DNA from: Hellea sp.
Lineage (GTDB): Bacteria; Pseudomonadota; Alphaproteobacteria; Caulobacterales; Maricaulaceae
Length of the DNA stretch: 64,000 nucleotides
NCBI GenBank assembly: GCA_965224755.1
Contig: OZ245061.1
Coordinates: 2,247,612 to 2,311,611 of the forward strand
Direction: 5' to 3'
Shown here: piece by piece, positions 1-10,207 of the stretch
How positions within the stretch are numbered: position 1 is the first letter of the stretch
How the letters are laid out: the number at the start of each line of letters is the position of its first letter
The notes under the pieces: generated by a model
The model's database searches: none
Seen by the model: only the letters and a program-made list of their open reading frames with translations
Told to the model about the DNA's origin: nothing
Program-made: the position numbers and the translations under genes

Positions 1-790
1 CGGCAAAGCGGAGCGGCACAACACTGACCGCGCCGCGCGGGCTGGCCCCGCCAATATCCATGCTCGACAAAATAGGCCGTAATTTAGCGATTTCTGCCGC
101 AGACCCTTCCATGATGAGGCTATTACTGCCGGGAATAGCCACAACGCGGTAAGCGGGTTTAGGCCCGCCCAAAGCCCGCAAGGCTTCTTCGGCGTCAATC
201 GCCGTGATATTCGTCAAGCGCACAGTTTCGACAACCGTGTCATTTACATCCATAGCTTTGATAATCTCGCGGGCTTTGCGCAGGTTTTCCGGGAAATCCG
301 TAATCACCAGAACATTGCCGCCGGGATTAGCCGTAAGCTGCCCTTGGCTGTGCATGACAGGTTTGATCAGCCGCGCCGCTTCGGCAGCATCAGTGTTACT
401 GAGCTTAATAACCGTGGTCGCAAACCGTCCATTATAGCCATTACCATCAGTAAAAGGCGCGTCCTGCGCTGCGCCCTGGATCAGCGTCACGCGGTATTCG
501 CCTGTAGCTGTTCTTACAATCGTATAGCCATGCACGCGCATGACATCTTTGAAGACTTCAAAAACTTCGCCTTTTGACAGGGATTGTTCGGAAGAAATCG
601 TGACTTTGCCCTGTACGCGCGGATCCACAATAAAAGTTTTGCCTGTCACCATAGACACATCCGTGATGAAGGCGCGGATATCGGCTTCTTGCATGGTTAT
701 CTGGTGATCACCTGCCGCATGGGCGGTCATTGGCATCACTGTCAGCGCCGTTGCCAGTGCAAAACCAGCGCTTAAAAATGTCTGCTTCAT
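1..790 (-). CDS. gspD: Type II secretion secretin GspD, N-terminal part; the gene continues beyond the left edge
   Basis: Absent from the ORF track because there is no stop in the window. My reverse-complement translation from ATG (790..788) reads MKQTFLSAGFALATALTVMPMTAHAAGDHQITMQEADIRAFITDVSMVTGKTFIVDPRVQGKVTI... and stays open to position 1. It has a signal peptide and secretin N-domain-like repeats. AGGAG lies about 12 nt upstream. The start is 5 nt after the gspC stop. Confidence 0.75.
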   Translation of the reverse strand, partial: MKQTFLSAGFALATALTVMPMTAHAAGDHQITMQEADIRAFITDVSMVTGKTFIVDPRVQGKVTISSEQSLSKGEVFEVFKDVMRVHGYTIVRTATGEYRVTLIQGAAQDAPFTDGNGYNGRFATTVIKLSNTDAAEAARLIKPVMHSQGQLTANPGGNVLVITDFPENLRKAREIIKAMDVNDTVVETVRLTNITAIDAEEALRALGGPKPAYRVVAIPGSNSLIMEGSAAEIAKLRPILSSMDIGGASPRGAVSVVPLRFA

Positions 791-795
791 TCCCA

Positions 796-1671
796 TCATC
801 GGGCTCCTACCCTAATTTTTTGTTCCTGACCATTGCGAAGAACAACAAGATCAACCCCGCCTTGCGATTGGGCTTGCGCTAAAAGAGCTAGAAAGTCGGG
901 GCGTCCTTGCGTAATATCCGTGCGTCCGATCCGAGTAACAATATCGCCGTCTTCAAATCCATATTCGCTTAAATCCACGCCCGGGCGATTGGGCCTTATA
1001 CCATAGCCTTTAACCTGCCCTTTGCGCACAACGCGGCGCAGGCTGATATCCTGAAACAGGGTTAAGGCATCTTTTTTTGCGGGCGTAACAGCGGGCGAAT
1101 TTGATGATGCAGGCTGTATGGGACTTCGCACTGATCTGGTTATTGCAGATTGCATAGCCGTTTGAACATTAGCGGTTTTGGGCGCCAGAGCAGAGTCTTC
1201 GCCGCGAATAAATGTCAGGCGCTGTATCTGTCCGTCCACGGATATGACGATGTAATCTTTATAGATCGCCTGCAGCGTGACGCCGGAAATAATCTGGTCG
1301 CCAATGCGGTAACCGGCTTCTTTATTGTCTGGCGTTCGCAGATTGGCATTGCCGTTTTCGCCCGTAATCAATCCTGTTAGTTTTAGATTCAATGTTGTCT
1401 CGGGCGCATCTTCGCCTATCTCAACTATGACTTGGGCTATTTCTGCTGCTGAGCGATTAAACGGATCACTTGCGAAATTAAAAGATTGATTTGAATACGC
1501 CGAGACCGCTCCGGCTTGGGCTGTCCCCATGACCGGTTGTTGCCAAGCGCTTTCAGGGTTAGTGAACGTCATCACAATCCGAAACAGTAAATAGCCCAGC
1601 ACTGCAAGCAAGCATAACCCGATAAAACGGATCACCCCTGATAAGCCAATTGCAGTCTGGGCTTTCGCCAT
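796..1671 (-). CDS. gspC: Type II secretion protein C-like (TM anchor plus C-terminal PDZ-like domain)
   Basis: 291 aa ORF. TM helix VIRFIGLCLLAVLGYLLF. C-terminal PDZ-like segment GYGIRPNRPGVDLSEYGFEDGDIVTRIG. Lies directly upstream of the secretin gene. Confidence 0.65.
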   Translation of the reverse strand: MAKAQTAIGLSGVIRFIGLCLLAVLGYLLFRIVMTFTNPESAWQQPVMGTAQAGAVSAYSNQSFNFASDPFNRSAAEIAQVIVEIGEDAPETTLNLKLTGLITGENGNANLRTPDNKEAGYRIGDQIISGVTLQAIYKDYIVISVDGQIQRLTFIRGEDSALAPKTANVQTAMQSAITRSVRSPIQPASSNSPAVTPAKKDALTLFQDISLRRVVRKGQVKGYGIRPNRPGVDLSEYGFEDGDIVTRIGRTDITQGRPDFLALLAQAQSQGGVDLVVLRNGQEQKIRVGAR

Positions 1672-1749
1672 AAATTACGTCCTCAATACTCGCAGAAGTG
1701 TAACATAAAGATGCGGTAGTCTAATAATGTCTTTACCGTAATCATAGCC

Positions 1750-3351
1750 TTATTTAGCCCGCAACATTTCGCCGTCCGTGCGCATTTCCAGCGAAGGCAT
1801 GAATGTTGGAGTCACGCGTTTTTGGCTCGCCTGTTCATAAATATAGCCTGCCGCCATGACCTGTTTATCGTCCCCGGCCTTGCCCATGAAAGACAGCCCT
1901 ATCGGCAGGCCCTTCACCGCGCCCATGGGCACTGTAATATGCGGATAACCCGCTATCGCCGCAATCCATCCCGCGCCTGTCCCGCCCGGATAGCTATCGC
2001 CATAGACATGATCGATCAGAAAAGTCGGGGCCGTGCTAGGCGCGAGCAGAATATCGACTTTGTTATCTGCCAGTAATTTATCAATCCCGTCTGCCCGAGT
2101 GGCTTTTAAAACCATCGCCAAACCATCCGTATATTCCTTGGTTTTCAAATCACCCAAAGCCTCCGACACCTCAAAAATAGATTGATCGAATACCGCCAAT
2201 TCGCGGACTGCATTCTCTTCGTTGAACGCTATAAGCTCCGCCAGTGTACGGGTTTTAACCTTGGGGTTTGTCGAGGCGAGATAGTCATTGAGTGTTGCCT
2301 TGAACTCATATTTCAGCACATCGTAAGAGGCTTTTCCGAAACCTTCCGGCGGCTCCCACTCTTCAATCTCGACAAGAGTAAAGCCTTGTTCCTTTAATGT
2401 ATCGAGCGCGGCCTCGAAATTCGCCTTAACGCCCGCATTGTCTCCTTGCGCAAAGTTTAACACGCCAATGCGGATATTTTGCGCCTTTGCGGCCCCCAAC
2501 GTAGCGGCATAGGCCCCGTTATTCTCGGTCATCGCGTCCATCATCAAAGCCGCGTCCATCACCGTGCGGGTCATCGGGCCTGCCGTGTCCTGAGTTGAGG
2601 AAATCGGCACGATATATTGCTGCGAAAGCACACCGACCGTCGGTTTAAAGCCGACAATGCCGTTCATTGAGGCCGGGCATATGATCGAGCCATTGGTTTC
2701 CGTGCCAATCGCCGCCATAACTATCCCCGCCGCAACAGCCGCGCCGCTGCCCGAACTGGAACCACAAGGCGACCGGTTTAGCGCATGGGGGTTACGCACC
2801 TGACCCCTTACGGCACTCCAGCCGCTGACTGAGCCTTCGGAACGAAAATTGGCCCATTGCGAAAGATTGGCCTTGCCTAAAATCACGGCACCTGAAGCAC
2901 GAAGCTTTGCAATAATCGGCGCATCGCGGTCGTTTTTATTCTCAAGCAAAGCCAGACTACCCGCTGTCGTCGGCAGATTATCCAAGGTCTCGATATTGTC
3001 TTTGATCAGCACAGGTATGCCGTGAAACGGCCCGCGCGCCTGCCCCTCTTTGCGCGCCATATCCAAAGCCCGCGCAATAGATTTGGCATCGGGGTTTATC
3101 GACAACACGCTTTGTAGCTTGGGGCCATGAGTGTCGATCGCCTCTATGCTGGCGAGTGAGCGCTCGACAAGATCGAGGGACGAGAGTGTCCCTTTTTCCA
3201 TTTGGGCAGAGGCTTTAGCCACAGTCATTGTATCGACGGTATAGCTTTTCCGAGCCGTGGCCGGGCTTTCTTGTGTAGGCGCCTGCGAACAGCCTGCTAA
3301 AATGAGCACGGACGCCGGAGCCGCCAAAAACCTCAAACTATATATTCCCAT
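1750..3351 (-). CDS. Amidase-signature family amidase, probable lipoprotein
   Basis: 533 aa. Lipobox LILAGCS. Amidase-signature Gly/Ser-rich motif CGSSSGSGAAVAAG. Confidence 0.8.
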   Translation of the reverse strand: MGIYSLRFLAAPASVLILAGCSQAPTQESPATARKSYTVDTMTVAKASAQMEKGTLSSLDLVERSLASIEAIDTHGPKLQSVLSINPDAKSIARALDMARKEGQARGPFHGIPVLIKDNIETLDNLPTTAGSLALLENKNDRDAPIIAKLRASGAVILGKANLSQWANFRSEGSVSGWSAVRGQVRNPHALNRSPCGSSSGSGAAVAAGIVMAAIGTETNGSIICPASMNGIVGFKPTVGVLSQQYIVPISSTQDTAGPMTRTVMDAALMMDAMTENNGAYAATLGAAKAQNIRIGVLNFAQGDNAGVKANFEAALDTLKEQGFTLVEIEEWEPPEGFGKASYDVLKYEFKATLNDYLASTNPKVKTRTLAELIAFNEENAVRELAVFDQSIFEVSEALGDLKTKEYTDGLAMVLKATRADGIDKLLADNKVDILLAPSTAPTFLIDHVYGDSYPGGTGAGWIAAIAGYPHITVPMGAVKGLPIGLSFMGKAGDDKQVMAAGYIYEQASQKRVTPTFMPSLEMRTDGEMLRAK

Positions 3352-3507
3352 TACTATTCCCCTATCATTATGATTTGATCATTTATTACAGGCCATCAAG
3401 TAAAGCCTATAAATCCTGATAAGCAAAGCCCCTAATGATAAAGCCGCCAGCACGGAGACTTGCATTTTTTTGCACGCGCGATAGAGCCAAGCTAAAGTGA
3501 GGCCAAT

Positions 3508-4395
3508 ATGAACGCAAAGAAAATTGATGGTAGAGCCTATGCAGAGGGTCTGCGCGAACGCGTCCTTGAAGCCGTAGCCGTGCTCCCGTCCCAACCCACA
3601 CTTGCCGTTGTGCTTGTCGGCGAAGACCCTGCCAGTCAGGTTTATGTCGCCAGTAAGGCCAAATTTACCGCCGAATGCGGAATGCGCTCTCTGGAACATA
3701 AATTACCGGCAAGCGCCGCCGAAGATGATGTTGTTGCGCTCGTGCGAAAGCTCAATGAAGACCCTGAAGTTGACGGTATTTTAGTGCAACTCCCTCTCCC
3801 CAAGGGCCTCAATTCTGACCGCGTCATCGCAGAAATCGACCCCGATAAAGATGTTGACGGCTTGACCGAAAGCTCCGTCGGACGTCTTTCTCTGGGCAAG
3901 CCGGGCCTGCGCCCCTGCACGCCGACAGGCTGCGTTATGCTGGCCAAAGACCAACTCGGCGATTTATCCGGCAAACATTGCGTGGTTCTGGGCCGCTCCA
4001 TTCTGGTCGGCAAACCCGCCGCGCTTTTATTCTTGGAACAAAACTGCACCGTCACCATCGCCCATTCTCGCACGAAAGATTTGGAAGATGTTTGCCGGGG
4101 CGCTGATATTTTAGTCGCAGCCGTGGGCCGCCCGCAAATGGTCAAAGGTAATTGGATTAAGCCCGGGGCCTGCGTCATTGATGTCGGCATCAACCGCGTG
4201 CCAAGCTTGAAACGCCCCGGCAAAACGCGGCTTGTCGGAGATGTCGATTACAAAGCGGTGCGCGCTATCGCCGGAGCCGTCACCCCCGTCCCCGGAGGCG
4301 TCGGCCCCATGACGATTGCTTGCCTACTCAGAAATACAGTCATAGCCGCCTGTAAAAGACGCGGCTGGGGTACGCCTGAGGTGATGGATTTTTAG
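3508..4395 (+). CDS. folD: Bifunctional methylenetetrahydrofolate dehydrogenase/cyclohydrolase
   Basis: 295 aa. [12 protein letters not shown] and [20 protein letters not shown] are typical FolD motifs. Confidence 0.93.
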   Translation: MNAKKIDGRAYAEGLRERVLEAVAVLPSQPTLAVVLVGEDPASQVYVASKAKFTAECGMRSLEHKLPASAAEDDVVALVRKLNEDPEVDGILVQLPLPKGLNSDRVIAEIDPDKDVDGLTESSVGRLSLGKPGLRPCTPTGCVMLAKDQLGDLSGKHCVVLGRSILVGKPAALLFLEQNCTVTIAHSRTKDLEDVCRGADILVAAVGRPQMVKGNWIKPGACVIDVGINRVPSLKRPGKTRLVGDVDYKAVRAIAGAVTPVPGGVGPMTIACLLRNTVIAACKRRGWGTPEVMDF

Positions 4396-4420
4396 AGCAT
4401 TTCCCTCTCTTCCCCTCTCT

Positions 4421-4497
4421 CTGTTCCCGGCCTTGAGCCGGGATCTCCCGCGTTTCGTGCCAAATTGATGGAGGTCCCGGCTCAAGGCCGGGAACAG
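4421..4497. repeat. Palindromic intergenic element: perfect 23-bp inverted repeat with a 31-nt spacer
   Basis: Left arm ctgttcccggccttgagccggga (4421..4443) is the exact reverse complement of tcccggctcaaggccgggaacag (4475..4497). Each arm also contains its own cccgg/ccggg mini-palindrome. Lies between convergent folD and holC. Confidence 0.85.
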
Positions 4498-4529
4498 AAT
4501 GAGGTGAGGTTCAGAAATAACAGGCTATT

Positions 4530-4973
4530 CTAAGCCTTCTTTTCCCAGGCCCCGCGGTCATTTTGCTGGTAATAGGACAGCTTTGCGTCTGTATCTTTCA
4601 GCGCTTTCCACTGGCCCCGTGCGCGCTGGATATCGTCTTTCGAGCGGCCATTGATCATGACCATACAGCGCTCGACGCCGTCCATATTGTCAATCTCGGC
4701 TCCGCCGATGAGGAAGACGGCCTGATAGCCGCTCGCATCCTGCGCCGCTCCGGTCAGAGTTATCGGTTGCTGCTCTGCCATCGGTTCGTCATCTCTGCCA
4801 TGGGGCAGGAAACTGTCATCGCGGTAAGTCCAGAGATAGTCATCCATCTCTTTGACTTGTTCAGGCGGCAGCTTCACCAAAGCCCGCCAGCCCTTTTGCA
4901 AAGTCTTTTCCAGCAGTCCGGGCAAGACGCCCTCAATCGTGGAGGCTTCAAGATGATAAAACCAATACTCCAT
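4530..4973 (-). CDS. holC: DNA polymerase III chi subunit
   Basis: 147 aa starting MEYWFYHLE..., chi-like in length and sequence. Lies directly downstream of pepA with a 1-nt overlap, a common pepA-holC arrangement. Confidence 0.8.
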   Translation of the reverse strand: MEYWFYHLEASTIEGVLPGLLEKTLQKGWRALVKLPPEQVKEMDDYLWTYRDDSFLPHGRDDEPMAEQQPITLTGAAQDASGYQAVFLIGGAEIDNMDGVERCMVMINGRSKDDIQRARGQWKALKDTDAKLSYYQQNDRGAWEKKA

Positions 4974-6451
4974 TAGCCTTCGAAGTTATCTGCAACCCAG
5001 CGGTTTAGAAGTCTCGCGCCAAAGCCTGTCCCGAATGTCGTCTCGCGCGGGTCGTGGCGGCCTGACGGTTTCATCGCCGTGCCCGCAACATCAATATGCG
5101 CCCAAGGGATGCCCTTACCGACAAAACGCTGCAAGAATTGCGCGGCGGTAATCGAGCCGGCCCCGCGTCCGCCGATATTTTTCATATCCGCATTGGGGCT
5201 ATCAATCAGCCTGTCATAGGCGTCGCCCATAGGCAGACGCCATGTTTTCTCGGCCGTTGTTTCCGAAGCCTGCGCGATTTGCCCCGCCAGATCATCATCA
5301 TTTGAGAAAACGCCTGCATGTTCACTCCCGAGCGCGATGATGATCGCGCCTGTTAATGTCGCCAGATTTATCATCGCTTTGGGTTTAATTTTAACCGAGG
5401 CATAATGCAGGCAATCGGCCAGAACCAAACGGCCCTCGGCGTCGGTATTTTGTACTTCGATGGTCTGGCCTGACATAGAGGTGATAATATCACCGGGAAG
5501 CACGGCGTTTCCGTCCGGCATATTCTCGACAAGGCCAACGATTCCGACAACATTGGCTTTGGCCTTACGCGCGGCAAGCCCCGCCATCGCGCCGACAACC
5601 GCCGCAGAGCCGCCCATATCGCCCTTCATATCCCACATATTGGCGCCGGGTTTGAGCGAAATGCCGCCGGTATCAAAGGTCACGCCTTTGCCGATAAGAC
5701 AGGCAGGTTTATCGCCTTTCTTGCCGCCAAGCCATGTCATAATCACCATTTGCGACTCGCGAACAGAACCTTGGCCGACGCAGAGTAAGCTATTCATACC
5801 CAAAGCCTTCATCCGCTTTTCGCCCAATATTTGGACTTTCAGGCCCAGCTTTTCGAGTTTTTTAATCCGCGCCGCATAGGCCTTGGGATAGACCACATTA
5901 GGCGGCTCATTTACGAGGTCACGGGCCAAAATTGTGCCGTCGCAAACAGGGCCGTGATATTTATTATAAGACGCTCGGGCCTTGGCCGGTTCGTCGCAAG
6001 CGATTTTGATTGTTTTTAGAACCGGTTTCTTACTCGCAGGCAATTTCGTGCGGTAATGATCAAACCTATATGCCGCCAACCGCATGCCCACAGCCGCCCT
6101 TGCCGCCGCGTCAGGCGAGATATCCATACCGCCGAGATGAAGCGTAATTGTGCTCTCGACCATCATCAAGGCCTTAGTGATTTTTGCGCCAAAAAGCTCG
6201 GACTCGAATTTTTTACCGTCGCCTATACCAATCGCCACAAGCCGCGAAATATCCGATCCCGTCGGCGCGTAAATGCTAAACCGCTTGCCGGCCTCGCCGT
6301 TAAACTTGGCCGCTTTGGCCGCCGCTTTGAATTGGCCCTTAGAGGCCTGCACATAATCCGAAGCACCACCCCCTATTTTAAGGGATTTCTTAACGGGGAT
6401 GACCGCGCATCCTGATGCGGCGGGTTTATCGGCGACGAAACTGACTTTCAT
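4973..6451 (-). CDS. pepA: Leucyl aminopeptidase (M17)
   Basis: 492 aa. M17 signature NTDAEGRLVLAD and VGKGVTFDTGGISLKP. Confidence 0.93.
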   Translation of the reverse strand: MKVSFVADKPAASGCAVIPVKKSLKIGGGASDYVQASKGQFKAAAKAAKFNGEAGKRFSIYAPTGSDISRLVAIGIGDGKKFESELFGAKITKALMMVESTITLHLGGMDISPDAAARAAVGMRLAAYRFDHYRTKLPASKKPVLKTIKIACDEPAKARASYNKYHGPVCDGTILARDLVNEPPNVVYPKAYAARIKKLEKLGLKVQILGEKRMKALGMNSLLCVGQGSVRESQMVIMTWLGGKKGDKPACLIGKGVTFDTGGISLKPGANMWDMKGDMGGSAAVVGAMAGLAARKAKANVVGIVGLVENMPDGNAVLPGDIITSMSGQTIEVQNTDAEGRLVLADCLHYASVKIKPKAMINLATLTGAIIIALGSEHAGVFSNDDDLAGQIAQASETTAEKTWRLPMGDAYDRLIDSPNADMKNIGGRGAGSITAAQFLQRFVGKGIPWAHIDVAGTAMKPSGRHDPRETTFGTGFGARLLNRWVADNFEG

Positions 6452-6590
6452 ACGTATGGCTCCTAATAGGATATTATTTTAGCGGCAATTTTCTTGTCAC
6501 TATTTCATATCTTCGGTGTGGTAAACCATGGACAAGCGTAATAGAAGCGCAAAAACCGCCTTGAGCAAAATTAAAGGATGTGGGCTAAAC

Positions 6591-7742
6591 GTGACTTTGT
6601 TGCAGCGATATTTTTGGACACAGGCGCTATGGCCCTTGTTGCTGTCACTGGCTGCATTGGCCGCGCTAGCTTTGCTGACTCAAAGTCTGCAAACGCTCGA
6701 TCTTATTGTTGAAAACCGGCAATCGGCCCTAACATTTTTCTATATTACCATACTTGCTCTGCCGCAGCTCATCGCGATTATCATGCCGCTCGCAGTGTTT
6801 ATGGCCACACTTTACGCGCTTAATCGTTTAAATGTGGATAGCGAGCTTGTCGTCGCCAAAGCTTCAGGGTTCTCGCCGTGGCAAATCGCCAGCCCCGTTC
6901 TGCGGCTGGGCATGTATGCCCTGATCGCACATTTGATTATCAATCTTGTCCTCCAGCCCCTGTCATTCAGGCAGATGCGCGGCGAAATCCTGAAAGTGCG
7001 AACGGATATTGCCTCACAAATGGTACGTGCCGGCGAATTTGTCAGTCCAACAGCAGGCTTAACCGTCTATGCCCGAGAGATCGGCGGGGATGGGGCCATG
7101 AAAGACGTGCTAATTTACGATGTGCGCGACGAGGGGGACGGCACGATGCACACGGCCAGATCCGGCTATCTGACCCGAGGCACTGATAGCGCTCGGCTTA
7201 TTTTGGAAAATGGGAATGTCCAAACTCTACTTGAAGACGGCACGCTCGATCTGGTAGCCTTTGACAATTACCAGATTGATTTGTCCGATGTTATGGCGAT
7301 GGATTCTGTTTTACGGCTAAAGACCTCTGACCGTTATTTACATGAACTCTTGCGGCCCGATCAGCGCGAATATGCCAATCGCAAATTCCGGCGCACACTG
7401 GCGGCTGAAGGCCACTCCCGTCTGGCCACGCCGATTTATAATATGGCGCTGGTCATGCTGGCGCTGTGTTTCATGATCCGCGGAGAATTTCAGCGCATGG
7501 GCTATGGACGCCGGATTGCGATCTGCGCCGTTCTCGGTTTTGTCATTCGCCTCTCCGGCTTTGCACTCGAATCCGCCGCCGAGAGCGATCCGGGGCTGAA
7601 TATTGTGCAATATGCCGTGCCTCTCTCAGTCTGTGTGGCCTCTGGCTGGTATTTGCTCCGCAAACGCCGCATCCGCAAATTATCCTATATGTTGAAACCC
7701 AAGCGCATATCTGCGAAACGCGCACGCTTCACTCCGACCTGA
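6591..7742 (+). CDS. lptF: LPS export ABC permease LptF (YjgP/YjgQ family)
   Basis: The ORF is open from 6528. I prefer GTG 6591, which gives (M)TLLQRYFWTQALWPLL, the usual family N-terminus. Multi-TM protein, followed by lptG with a TGATG overlap. Confidence 0.8.
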   Translation: MTLLQRYFWTQALWPLLLSLAALAALALLTQSLQTLDLIVENRQSALTFFYITILALPQLIAIIMPLAVFMATLYALNRLNVDSELVVAKASGFSPWQIASPVLRLGMYALIAHLIINLVLQPLSFRQMRGEILKVRTDIASQMVRAGEFVSPTAGLTVYAREIGGDGAMKDVLIYDVRDEGDGTMHTARSGYLTRGTDSARLILENGNVQTLLEDGTLDLVAFDNYQIDLSDVMAMDSVLRLKTSDRYLHELLRPDQREYANRKFRRTLAAEGHSRLATPIYNMALVMLALCFMIRGEFQRMGYGRRIAICAVLGFVIRLSGFALESAAESDPGLNIVQYAVPLSVCVASGWYLLRKRRIRKLSYMLKPKRISAKRARFTPT

Positions 7743-8836
7743 TGTTCTCTCTGCTCAACCGTTATATAGCCCTGCGCATTTTTCGCAGTATTTTGCTCGC
7801 TTTCCTGATCGTGACCGGCATCATCATGCTCGTCGACTTTGTTGAAGGTACGCGCAATATTGGCGGCGATGGAGATATCGGCACGGGGACATTATTCCTG
7901 ATGACCCTGCTAAAAGCGCCGCGCCTGATAGAACAAACCATCCCTTTTGTTGTGTTATTTGGCGTTATGGGCGCGCTTTACAGCTTAAACCGCCGTAGTG
8001 AATTGATTGTGATGCGGGCCTCGGGCCTCTCCGCGTGGCGGTTTTTGTCTCCCGCAATTATGGTCACTGCCACGCTCGGCCTCGTCTGGGCGGCATTATT
8101 TAATCCCCTCGCCTCCATTTCTATGAACGCTTATGAGAATCTGGCCGAAGAGGTAACGGGGCAGGCTGATATCGCCGATACCGACCATATCTGGCTACGC
8201 GAAGGCAATGATATTGGCCAAACCGTCATTTATGCCGCGCGCGCGGATATTTTGCAGCGCAAATTATTCGATACGACTTTTTATATTTTCACCATTAATA
8301 AGGACGGCGTTGCCGTTTTTGAACGCCGCCTTGACGCCGAAGAAGCCGAGCTTGTCACGCAAGGCTATTGGCAACTTCGTAATGTGATTGAAAATATTGC
8401 GGGCGAGTTACCCTTAATTCAAACCGCTATTTCTCTGCCGACCCGCATCACCATCGAAGATATTCGCAACAAGGCCCGAAATAGCGCCCTACCCCCATTC
8501 TGGGATATTCCTGCAGCCATTTCAAAAACCGAACAGGCCGGGTTTTCCGCCGTCGGTCTACGGATGCAGCTTAATAAGCTCTTGGCCTTGCCGGTTATGC
8601 TCATTGCTATGACGGTAATCGCGGCGGGCGTTTCTATGCATCTTACCCGCGAGGGCGGGGCATTGCGGCTTTTGATCTTTGGCGGCGCTCTTGGGTTTGC
8701 TGTTTATTTTGCCGATAGCATTGTTAGCGCCTTTGGCGAGGCCTCTGTTCTCCCGATTATGCTCGCCGCTTGGTCAATACCGATTTTCGTCCTGTTTATG
8801 GGGCTGAGCTATCTGGCGCATATAGAGGATGGGTAA
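7742..8836 (+). CDS. lptG: LPS export ABC permease LptG (YjgP/YjgQ family)
   Basis: Track ORF 7466..8836 has an implausible Arg/Cys-rich 5' extension that overlaps lptF. In-frame ATG 7742 gives MFSLLNRYIALRIFRSILLAF. Confidence 0.85.
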   Translation: MFSLLNRYIALRIFRSILLAFLIVTGIIMLVDFVEGTRNIGGDGDIGTGTLFLMTLLKAPRLIEQTIPFVVLFGVMGALYSLNRRSELIVMRASGLSAWRFLSPAIMVTATLGLVWAALFNPLASISMNAYENLAEEVTGQADIADTDHIWLREGNDIGQTVIYAARADILQRKLFDTTFYIFTINKDGVAVFERRLDAEEAELVTQGYWQLRNVIENIAGELPLIQTAISLPTRITIEDIRNKARNSALPPFWDIPAAISKTEQAGFSAVGLRMQLNKLLALPVMLIAMTVIAAGVSMHLTREGGALRLLIFGGALGFAVYFADSIVSAFGEASVLPIMLAAWSIPIFVLFMGLSYLAHIEDG

Positions 8837-8977
8837 TCTCCATTGATGCGTCTGCGTCCTGACTGAAAATTAATGAAACCAATCCTAAAATCACTGTAAT
8901 AAAGACGTTAAGCTTGATTGCACATGCTAGATTTAGTTTTATAACACGCCTAAAGAATATTAGAAAAAGACCCGACT

Positions 8978-10204
8978 ATGATAAAATATATTTTTCTTTC
9001 GGCCTCCGCCCTGGTTTTGATGAGCGGTGCAGCCGCCGCCCAAACTAGCCACGGTATTGCGGCTGTGGTTAATGATGATATTGTTACCACCCATGATTTG
9101 CGCCAGCGGGTCTTGTTCATGGTCGCGACCACCGGCGTCAAACGCGACGAAGAAAGCCTTGCCCGTGTTCAGCAACAAGCTCTACGTAATTTGGTTGATG
9201 AACATATCCAGATTCAAGAGAGCGAGAAATACGACCAGACAATTGCTGATGATGAAGTCAATCAATCCGTGGCCCGCTTAATTGGCCGTAATGGTCTGGA
9301 TCCCAATGAAGTGGTTGAACGGCTGGCCTCCGCAGGCGTTTCGATTGAAACCCTGCGCGATCAAGTGCGCTCTGAAATTGCTTGGCAGCGCATCGTCAAC
9401 GGACTTTATGGCTCGCGTATTCGTATCAGCGATGCCCAGATAGACGAGACTTTAAACCGCCTGTCTGCCAATGCGTCCAAGCCGAATTACCGCGTGGCCG
9501 AAATTTATATCGAAGCGACGCCGGATATTGGCGGCATGGAAGGCGCGATGAAAGGCGCTGAGGCGATGGTTGCCCAAATCGCTGACGGGGCCCCTTTCCC
9601 GCTATTAGCCCAACAATTCTCAAGCGCCCCGACCGCCGCCAAAGGCGGGGATATCGGCTGGGTGCGCGAAGGCGAACTGCGCCCCGAAATTGATCAGGTC
9701 ATTCAGCAAATGACAAAGGGCAATCTGTCCAAACCCATTCAGGTGCCGGGCGGTGTCTATGTCGTCGCGCTGCTGGACAAGAAAATTTCCGAAGCCGACA
9801 CGCTTTATAAGCTTAAAAACATCAGCATTGAGAATGAGGATATCGAGGCAGCCAAAGCCACATTGATTGAGCTTAGAGACACGCTAAAATCTTGCGACAC
9901 CCTCTCGGCGGATGTCAAAGAGTTGGACGGCATCAGCACCAATGATATGGGCGAGCTGAAAAGCAGTGACTTGAACGAAGATATTTTAGCCGTTTTATCT
10001 GCCACTGATATTGGCGGCCTCAGCGATCCGATTGAGCGCCCCCACGGTGCCACCTCGATCATGGTGTGTTCGCGCGAAGCCTCCGGCTCCGATATTCCAA
10101 CCCGCGACGAGATTGAAAACCGCCTAATGGATCAACAACTCGCACAAGCCTCCAAACGACACTTACGGGATTTACGCCGCAAGGCTACCGTTGTCCTGCG
10201 TTAG
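8978..10204 (+). CDS. surA: Periplasmic chaperone/peptidyl-prolyl isomerase SurA
   Basis: 408 aa. Signal peptide ends AAAAQ. SurA N-domain (AAVVNDDIVTTHDL) and parvulin-like segment. Conserved lptFG-surA-pdxA-rsmA order. Confidence 0.88.
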   Translation: MIKYIFLSASALVLMSGAAAAQTSHGIAAVVNDDIVTTHDLRQRVLFMVATTGVKRDEESLARVQQQALRNLVDEHIQIQESEKYDQTIADDEVNQSVARLIGRNGLDPNEVVERLASAGVSIETLRDQVRSEIAWQRIVNGLYGSRIRISDAQIDETLNRLSANASKPNYRVAEIYIEATPDIGGMEGAMKGAEAMVAQIADGAPFPLLAQQFSSAPTAAKGGDIGWVREGELRPEIDQVIQQMTKGNLSKPIQVPGGVYVVALLDKKISEADTLYKLKNISIENEDIEAAKATLIELRDTLKSCDTLSADVKELDGISTNDMGELKSSDLNEDILAVLSATDIGGLSDPIERPHGATSIMVCSREASGSDIPTRDEIENRLMDQQLAQASKRHLRDLRRKATVVLR

Positions 10205-10207
10205 GGT

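Noticed and set aside
204-775. Three plus-strand ORFs (204..437, 344..577, 584..775) at the left edge
   Set aside because: They lie antisense to a continuous minus-strand frame with a clear secretin (GspD) N-terminus. Their products are Arg/Cys/Ser-rich with no recognisable motif.
3379-3699. Minus-strand ORFs (106 and 64 aa) overlapping the folD start
   Set aside because: They overlap the well-supported folD gene on the opposite strand, have no motif, and show odd composition. These are shadow ORFs.
7466-7741. 92-codon 5' extension of the lptG ORF
   Set aside because: The extension overlaps lptF in another frame and is Arg/Cys-rich. The family-typical N-terminus (MFSLLNRYIALRIF) begins at ATG 7742, with a TGATG junction.
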